Below are positions 1-5,010 of a stretch of 8,059 nucleotides of DNA, in pieces (positions within the stretch are counted from its first letter, which is position 1; each line of letters starts with the position of its first letter). Where the stretch lies: NCBI GenBank assembly GCA_029856525.1, contig JAHQXC010000061.1, positions 1 to 8,059 of the forward strand, given 5' to 3'. Both the position numbers and the translations under genes were made by a program. This stretch comes from Candidatus Odinarchaeia archaeon (lineage in GTDB: Archaea > Asgardarchaeota > Odinarchaeia > Odinarchaeales > Odinarchaeaceae). The notes below the pieces were generated by a model. It was not told where the DNA came from. It saw nothing but the letters and a program-made list of their open reading frames with translations, and searched no databases.

Positions 1-164
1 TCTCCACGCGGTATTAAAAACCTTCTTAAAATTAATATGAAAAGCGCGGCGAACACTATGAAACCTAATATTGTAAATAGGTTGAAACTGAAACGTATAA
101 TAATCGTGAAAAACAACGGGAGATAAGCTAACATGTAAAGAAGATATTTTAAATACTTATACAA
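1..164 (-). CDS. Hypothetical integral membrane protein, N-terminal part (runs off the left edge)
   Basis: Manual translation of the minus strand gives an open frame from TTG 164 to the edge: MYKYLKYLLYMLAYLPLFFTIIIRFSFNLFTILGFIVFAALFILILRRFLIPRG. It has about two hydrophobic, TM-like stretches. An SD-like GGCGGT (178..173) lies 8 nt upstream of the TTG, and ATG 134 is an alternative in-frame start. It is not in the ORF track because it is truncated by the window. Confidence 0.7.
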   Translation of the reverse strand, partial: MYKYLKYLLYMLAYLPLFFTIIIRFSFNLFTILGFIVFAALFILILRRFLIPRG

Positions 165-206
165 TCTCTCATACCGCCTTCCATACTCTAATAAGATTAA
201 ATGAAT

Positions 207-214
207 TTATATAT
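207..214 (-). promoter_or_regulatory. Putative TATA box (TATATAAA on the minus strand) for the divergent membrane-protein gene
   Basis: It is the reverse complement of tttatata at 207-214, in the AT-rich divergent intergenic region. It would place the TSS near 185, which leaves a short leader containing the SD-like motif. Confidence 0.35.
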
Positions 215-270
215 TGAATGCTCGCATACCTTTTTAAAAGATGCTGGGCTTCTTATAATTTAATTTTCTT

Positions 271-291
271 AAAAAATATAACGTTTAAATA
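271..291 (+). promoter_or_regulatory. Putative archaeal BRE/TATA promoter for the type VII ABC transporter operon
   Basis: An A-rich run (aaaaaatataacg) is followed by TTTAAATA at 284-291, about 50 nt upstream of ATG 342. An SD GAGGT lies at 331-335. Confidence 0.45.
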
Positions 292-341
292 AATGTAAAG
301 TTTCTTCAATATAGTTTAATCCTAGTAGTAGAGGTTTTTAA

Positions 342-1478
342 ATGTTAAGATACGCGTTTAAAAACGCTTTTAGGAGAAAGAATATAGCCGCGCTTTCTAT
401 AATCGGGATAGCTATAGGAGTCTCGCTGATGACGGCTATGGCGTCTCTCAGCGCGACTATAACAGATCAGACTAATAGATTCGCACAGCAGAATTTAGAT
501 TCTATCACGGTTCAGCAAAAAGGCCAGCTGGTTTTTACAAGCCAGATTAATCTAACAAAATTATATAATATCACGGTGTTAGATCATATAGACGCTTATT
601 CAGCGCAGGTTGTTACTGTAGTCCAATTGGGAACAGGGTTTGTAAACCCTCAGTTAGTTGGTTTAAACGTTGATAATGATACTAGGATAGGTGGGCCTAC
701 CTCTAATATTATTGATGGCCGTGTTTTCAAAAAAGATAATGAGTGTATTATAAGTAAAATGGGAGCCGAATTCCTTAATTTAAAAATAGGTGAGAATCTC
801 ACATTATATACCCCGGACTCGAAGATGGTTAATCTCACAATCACCGGTTTATATGAAACAGCTACTATAATAACGCAGATGAATATTTATACTACGCTTA
901 ACACGGCTAGAATGTTTAAACCAGGGTTTTCAAACGACACGTATAGTGTTCTACTTATAAAAGCGGATGACCCTGCTAACGTGAAGCAGATTAAAAATGA
1001 AATAGAGAGAATCGCTGAAGAAGAAGAGTTGAATATTGAAGTGATCCTTTTCGAAGACCAGCTTCAAACAATAACCCAGTACACGAGTACCATAAACATA
1101 CTAGTTATTTCAATATCTTTGATAGCTGGGATAGCGGGTGGTATGAGCATAGTTGTAGCGATGCTTATGAGCGTTATTGAAAGGCTTAAAGAATACGCTA
1201 CTTTAAAGGCTACAGGCTGGCAGAACACAGATGTTATTAAAGATATACTTTATGAATCGCTTATTGTAACCGCTGTCGGCGGGGCGGTAGGGTTCGGTAT
1301 CGGCCTTCTATATTTAGGCGTTGTATCCGCGATTTTTAATATCGTATTAAACCCTCTGCAGCCTATAGTGATAGTTCAAATAATTTTATTCGTGGTAGGT
1401 ATGGGTTTAGCCGGAGGAGTTTACCCTGCTTATAAGGCGTCTAAGGTTTCCCCTGTAGAGATACTTAGAGGTGTTTAG
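342..1478 (+). CDS. ABC transporter permease, MacB/FtsX/LolE-like (type VII), with a large extracytoplasmic domain
   Basis: The N-terminus follows the family pattern (NAFRRKNIAALSIIGIAIGVSL), then a ~220-aa extracellular domain with IIDGRVF..ECII, then a C-terminal FtsX-type block (MSVIERLKEYATLKATGW ... GVYPAYKASKVSPVEILR). SD GAGGT lies 6 nt before the ATG. Confidence 0.93.
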   Translation: MLRYAFKNAFRRKNIAALSIIGIAIGVSLMTAMASLSATITDQTNRFAQQNLDSITVQQKGQLVFTSQINLTKLYNITVLDHIDAYSAQVVTVVQLGTGFVNPQLVGLNVDNDTRIGGPTSNIIDGRVFKKDNECIISKMGAEFLNLKIGENLTLYTPDSKMVNLTITGLYETATIITQMNIYTTLNTARMFKPGFSNDTYSVLLIKADDPANVKQIKNEIERIAEEEELNIEVILFEDQLQTITQYTSTINILVISISLIAGIAGGMSIVVAMLMSVIERLKEYATLKATGWQNTDVIKDILYESLIVTAVGGAVGFGIGLLYLGVVSAIFNIVLNPLQPIVIVQIILFVVGMGLAGGVYPAYKASKVSPVEILRGV

Positions 1479-1479
1479 A

Positions 1480-2184
1480 TTGGAGAATTCAGGAGACGAG
1501 AGGAAAATTGAAATCAAGTGTGAGAATGTTAGTAAAGTGTATAAACTAGGCAACAGCATTGTTAAAGCGCTTGACAACGTTAATTTAACGATTATGAGCG
1601 GGGATTATATTTCTATTATGGGTCCATCCGGTAGCGGTAAAACAACCCTGCTTAACATAATCGGAGCTTTAGATCATCCTACAAGCGGGAGAGTCTACTT
1701 AGATGGATATGATATCACGAATCTGCCTGAGAGAAAACTAACTTTTTTCAGACGGAATAAAATCGGCTTCGTATTTCAAGCCTTCTATTTGATTCCGACT
1801 TTAACAGCTTTAGATAATGTTTTAACACCGATCATGCCTAGAGGGGTTAAACCAGCGGATAAGGAGAGAGCGCTTATGCTACTTGAGATGTTAGGTTTGA
1901 AGAATAGAGTTCACCATAAGCCCGGGGAGTTAAGCGGAGGGGAGAGGCAGAGAGTGGCGATAGCTAGAGCGCTTATATCGGATCCGCCTATCATATTAGG
2001 GGATGAGCTTACCGGGGAGCTTGACTCTAAAACAGGGCAGGAGATAATGGATATAATAGATAGATTGAACAGTGAGCTCGGGAAAACTATCGTGATAGTC
2101 ACTCATGATATTAAAGTAGCTGAGCGGGCTAAAATTAAACTTAGAATGAGGGATGGTAGAATAATTGAGGATACTGGTTTCTAA
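1480..2184 (+). CDS. ABC transporter ATP-binding protein, LolD/MacB family
   Basis: It has Walker A GPSGSGKT, Q-loop GFVFQAFYL, signature LSGGERQRVAIARAL, Walker B IILGDE and H-switch VTHD. I moved the start from GTG 1471 to the in-frame TTG 1480, because GTG 1471 lies inside the SD GAGGTG (1468-1473), which is 6 nt before the TTG. Confidence 0.92.
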   Translation: MENSGDERKIEIKCENVSKVYKLGNSIVKALDNVNLTIMSGDYISIMGPSGSGKTTLLNIIGALDHPTSGRVYLDGYDITNLPERKLTFFRRNKIGFVFQAFYLIPTLTALDNVLTPIMPRGVKPADKERALMLLEMLGLKNRVHHKPGELSGGERQRVAIARALISDPPIILGDELTGELDSKTGQEIMDIIDRLNSELGKTIVIVTHDIKVAERAKIKLRMRDGRIIEDTGF

Positions 2185-2204
2185 AGGTTAAGTTAACTTT
2201 ACAC

Positions 2205-2230
2205 TTATTTTTAAAATATTTTACGTTTTT
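2205..2230 (+). terminator. Putative oligo-T archaeal intrinsic terminator
   Basis: Three T tracts (2208-2212, 2219-2222, 2226-2230) lie 20-45 nt after the ATPase stop codon. Confidence 0.45.
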
Positions 2231-2268
2231 AATAGGATCCGGGTTCTCTGGATTAGCTGAGGGGTTAG

Positions 2269-2283
2269 CGAAAGCTTTATTAA
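2269..2283 (+). promoter_or_regulatory. BRE + TATA promoter of the tup operon
   Basis: CGAAAG followed by CTTTATTAA matches the classic archaeal BRE-TATA arrangement. The predicted TSS is about 2305-2307, giving a ~20-nt leader that contains the SD at 2314-2322. Confidence 0.65.
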
Positions 2284-2313
2284 TTTATATCGATATGTTT
2301 TTATAAGCCGATC

Positions 2314-2322
2314 GAGGTGATC
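2314..2322 (+). promoter_or_regulatory. Strong Shine-Dalgarno site (GAGGTGATC) for tupA
   Basis: It is a 9-nt match to the complement of the conserved 16S rRNA 3' end (GAUCACCUCC). Its GAGGT core sits 7 nt before ATA 2326, similar to the 6-nt spacing at ATG 342. Confidence 0.8.
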
Positions 2323-2325
2323 TAA

Positions 2326-3282
2326 ATACCCCCGCCAACCCAGCTTAAAGCCCTACTAGTAATAGGCATAGTCGCGGCTATAGGAGTTGGAGCGGCTTTC
2401 ACAATAGTAGAGTACACTACAACCCAGCGGAGGCTAATATTAGCGACTACAACCAGCCTCTATGATTCAGGTCTACTCGACTACCTGCTCCCATCCTTCG
2501 AAGCGAAATGGAGTGTCGACGTCCAGGTAATAGCTGTTGGAACAGGGCAGGCTTTAGCCCTAGGTAAATCCGGTGACTGCGATGTAGTTTTAGTTCACGC
2601 TAGAAGCCAGGAGGATGCTTTCGTAAACGAAGGCTACGGAGTTCACAGAGTAACAGTATGGTATAATGATTTCGTAATCGTCGGACCCCCGGACGATCCC
2701 GCTAATATAAAAGGGTTAAAAAACGCAACTGAAGCGTTCATCAGAATATATCATACCGGTGAAAACGATGGCTGCAACTTCTATTCTAGAGGAGACGGTT
2801 CAGGAACCGAGAGTAAAGAGGTCTCGATATGGGCGGCGACCGGTTTAGGTAGACCTGGTGAAACTCAAAGCTGGTATAAGAAAACAGGTCAAGGAATGGA
2901 GGCGACACTCATTATAACAAACAATGATCCTAAAGGATACACGTTAACTGATAGAGGAACCTATATATCTATACTCGACAAGCTTCAGTTCATCACAGTC
3001 CTGGTTGAAAACGATAAAATGCTATTAAACCCTTACAGTGCGATACCTGTTAACCCTCATATTTTCCCGAACGTCAACTACCAGGCTGCGTTGAAACTCA
3101 TAGCATATCTCTGCTCGCCTACAGGTCAACAGATGGTTAACAATTATAGAAAGAATAATCTGCAAATGTTCTTCGCCTGCTACGGGACCAGTAACTCTAC
3201 TGAACTAGGCTTCGATACAGATGAGCAGGTGGCGGAATACCTTAACTTCTGGAACCCTATTATTCAACTCTATTACCCTTAA
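2326..3282 (+). CDS. tupA: Tungstate ABC transporter substrate-binding protein TupA (318 aa, N-terminal membrane anchor, probable ATA start)
   Basis: The frame is open from 2326 (after in-frame TAA 2323) and continues into the 128-aa track ORF. Manual translation: (M)PPPTQLKALLVIGIVAAIGVGAAFTIVEYTTTQRRLILATTTSLYDSGLLDYLLPSFEAKWSVDVQVIAVGTGQALALGKSGDCDVVLVHARSQE...YNDFVIVGPPDDPA...FYSRGDGSGTESKE..W...WYKKTGQGM...YTLTDRGTY...LLNPYSAIPVNP. The TTTS motif (2446-2457), AVGTGQAL, VHA and SRGDxSGT are TupA hallmarks. The exact start codon is inferred. Confidence 0.92.
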   Translation: MPPPTQLKALLVIGIVAAIGVGAAFTIVEYTTTQRRLILATTTSLYDSGLLDYLLPSFEAKWSVDVQVIAVGTGQALALGKSGDCDVVLVHARSQEDAFVNEGYGVHRVTVWYNDFVIVGPPDDPANIKGLKNATEAFIRIYHTGENDGCNFYSRGDGSGTESKEVSIWAATGLGRPGETQSWYKKTGQGMEATLIITNNDPKGYTLTDRGTYISILDKLQFITVLVENDKMLLNPYSAIPVNPHIFPNVNYQAALKLIAYLCSPTGQQMVNNYRKNNLQMFFACYGTSNSTELGFDTDEQVAEYLNFWNPIIQLYYP

Positions 3283-3309
3283 AATAAATTTATTAAAAGA
3301 GGGGATTAA

Positions 3310-4056
3310 ATGGGGAACCCTATAATTGACGGTATAATAAACGCGTTTATACTGTTATTTACAGGCGACCCGCGGATCTGGCAGGTAATACTACTATCAC
3401 TTAGAGTTACAGGGTTAGCTGTAGTCTACGCCTCTATGATAGGGATACCTGTCGGAGTTATCATAGGGATGAAAAATTTCTTCGGGAAAAATATGGTTGT
3501 CAGTTTAATAAACACTTTAATGGGGTTACCGCCGGTTGTAGTTGGCTTGATAGTTTTTCTACTAATCTCCAGATCAGGGCCTTTAGGAAGCCTGTCTTTA
3601 ATATACACGCCTACAGCGATAATGATAGGGCAGATAGTTATAGCCACACCTATTATTTCAGGGATCACGTTAGCTGCGGTAAGCTCCATAGACGCTTCAG
3701 TTATAGAGACAGCTAAATCACTTGGAGCTACACGCGCTCAAACATGGGCTTTAATAATAAGAGAGGCTAGGGTGGGTATCCTCAGCGGTGTTGCGATAGG
3801 ATTCGGACAGTCTATATCAGAGGTCGGCGCTAGCATGATATTAGGCGGGAACATTGAAGGTTTTACTAGAATTATGACCACGGATATAGTTCTTCAAACA
3901 GCTCAAGGCAACTACGGGGAGGCTTTAGCTCTAGGTATAATGTTAATATTAATAGCTTTTATAATAAACAGTTTAATCCTGACGAGACTCCAGTTTTCAT
4001 CTAAAAAACTAGCCGGTAAAAAGATTATGAGTCTAGGCGCGCTTTCAACACGTTAG
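3310..4056 (+). CDS. tupB: Tungstate ABC transporter permease TupB
   Basis: It contains TupB-type motifs (NTLMGLPPVVVGLIVFLLISRSGPLG, LIYTPTAIMIGQ, EAA loop ETAKSLGAT, FGQSISEVGASMILGGNIEGFTRIMTT). SD GAGGGGA lies upstream, and the gene sits between tupA and tupC. Confidence 0.93.
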   Translation: MGNPIIDGIINAFILLFTGDPRIWQVILLSLRVTGLAVVYASMIGIPVGVIIGMKNFFGKNMVVSLINTLMGLPPVVVGLIVFLLISRSGPLGSLSLIYTPTAIMIGQIVIATPIISGITLAAVSSIDASVIETAKSLGATRAQTWALIIREARVGILSGVAIGFGQSISEVGASMILGGNIEGFTRIMTTDIVLQTAQGNYGEALALGIMLILIAFIINSLILTRLQFSSKKLAGKKIMSLGALSTR

Positions 4057-4064
4057 GATGTGGG

Positions 4065-4802
4065 TTGATGAGCTTACTCAACTTGCATAAGGTTACAAAA
4101 ATATACAGTGACAGGTGTATTCTAAAAAATATCACGTTATCCGTTAAAAAAGGCGAGGTTTACGCGTTAATAGGGCCTAGCGGTGCAGGTAAGAGTACGC
4201 TGCTTAGAATTATAGATTTACTTGAAAAACCCTCTTCAGGGGAAGTGGTATTCGAAGGCGTTAGAACAAGTCTACTAAACGAGAATAGTATAATTCAGCT
4301 GAGAAGGAGAATGGCTTTACTATCCCAGAGAGTCGTTTTATTTAATATGAGCGTTTTCGGAAACGTAGCCTACGGGCTTAATCTAAGAAAAATTGATTAT
4401 AAAATTGTAAAAGAGAAGGTTAACGATGTTTTACAGCGTGTGGGAATGCTAGAGTACGCTGATCAGAACGCCCTGCTTTTATCAGGAGGAGAAGCTCAGC
4501 GTGTAGCTTTAGCTAGATGTATAGTTTTAGAACCGGAGCTCCTATTACTCGACGAGCCGACAGCTAACCTCGACCCTGCTAATGTAGCGTTAATTGAAAA
4601 TATAATAAGCGAGCTGAACACTAAAAATAAAACAACTATAATTATTGCAACTCATAATATGCTTCAGGCTAAAAGACTTGGAAGCAGAGTCGGATTCATA
4701 TTAAACGGGGAGCTGGTTGAAGAGGGGCCGCCGAGCCGGGTGTTCGACAACCCTATAGATGAGAGAACTAAAGCATTCATCGACGGGACTATGATATATT
4801 AA
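4065..4802 (+). CDS. tupC: Tungstate ABC transporter ATP-binding protein TupC
   Basis: It has Walker A GPSGAGKS, signature LSGGEAQRVALAR, Walker B/D-loop LLLDEPTANLDP and H-switch ATHN, with no C-terminal TOBE domain. The start is TTG 4065 or ATG 4068. It is the third gene of the tup operon. Confidence 0.9.
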   Translation: MMSLLNLHKVTKIYSDRCILKNITLSVKKGEVYALIGPSGAGKSTLLRIIDLLEKPSSGEVVFEGVRTSLLNENSIIQLRRRMALLSQRVVLFNMSVFGNVAYGLNLRKIDYKIVKEKVNDVLQRVGMLEYADQNALLLSGGEAQRVALARCIVLEPELLLLDEPTANLDPANVALIENIISELNTKNKTTIIIATHNMLQAKRLGSRVGFILNGELVEEGPPSRVFDNPIDERTKAFIDGTMIY

Positions 4803-5010
4803 TCCCTTTTTTAATTAAAAATTCAGCTACCTCTCTCACCCATCTGCCTGTGAACTCGTTTTCAACAATCCTCTTCAAATAATCCATCCATTCGATATCC
4901 ATCGCCCTCCGCCAGTTATTGAAAGCTTCCTTAATATTCTTATACGCTGTTTCATGACGCTCACAGAACACTAACCCGCTTACATTGCCATCGCACACTG
5001 AACAGCTCAT
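4789..5010 (-). CDS. Small hypothetical protein with a putative C3H zinc-binding motif, translationally coupled to topA
   Basis: It is 73 aa with C3-x2-C6-x9-C16-x2-H19 followed by a Trp-rich helical region. Its ATG overlaps the topA TGA (ATGA, 5010-5007), and an SD GAGGTG (5021..5016) lies inside the topA 3' end. Confidence 0.8.
   Translation of the reverse strand: MSCSVCDGNVSGLVFCERHETAYKNIKEAFNNWRRAMDIEWMDYLKRIVENEFTGRWVREVAEFLIKKGINIS
4807..4812 (+). terminator. Putative oligo-T terminator of tupABC (inside the antisense small CDS)
   Basis: TTTTTT begins 5 nt after the tupC stop and overlaps the perfect palindrome TTTTTAATTAAAAA (4808-4821). Confidence 0.4.

Noticed and set aside
650-844. 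64-aa minus-strand ORF
   Set aside because: It is an antisense shadow of the permease with no motif or SD support.
1911-2102. 63-aa minus-strand ORF
   Set aside because: It is an antisense shadow of the conserved ABC ATPase motifs and is Ser/Ile-rich as expected from reverse-strand codons.
2190-2223. AT-only or AT-rich palindromes (AAGTTAACTT 2190-2199, TAAAATATTTTA 2212-2223; also AATAAATTTATT 3283-3294 and an imperfect inverted repeat at 253-281)
   Set aside because: Such palindromes are expected by chance in very AT-rich spacers, and nothing independent supports an operator role.
2295-2306. Mini-ORF ATG TTT TTA TAA (MFL*) upstream of tupA
   Set aside because: It lies at or upstream of the predicted TSS (about 2305), is out of frame with tupA and is only three codons long, so it is likely chance.
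2317-2325. In-frame GTG 2317 as the tupA start, with readthrough of TAA
   Set aside because: The GTG is part of the SD itself and has no SD of its own upstream. UAA is not recoded by the known Sec or Pyl systems.
2416-2454. 9-nt direct repeat ACTACAACC (2416-2424 and 2446-2454)
   Set aside because: Both copies encode Thr-Thr-Thr in frame. The repeat is short, has only two copies, and is explained by the protein sequence.
2896-3282. ORF-track 128-aa protein treated as a complete gene
   Set aside because: It is only the C-terminal 40% of TupA. The frame is open from 2326 and contains the anchor and binding motifs.
3426-3689. 87-aa minus-strand ORF
   Set aside because: It is an antisense shadow within tupB.
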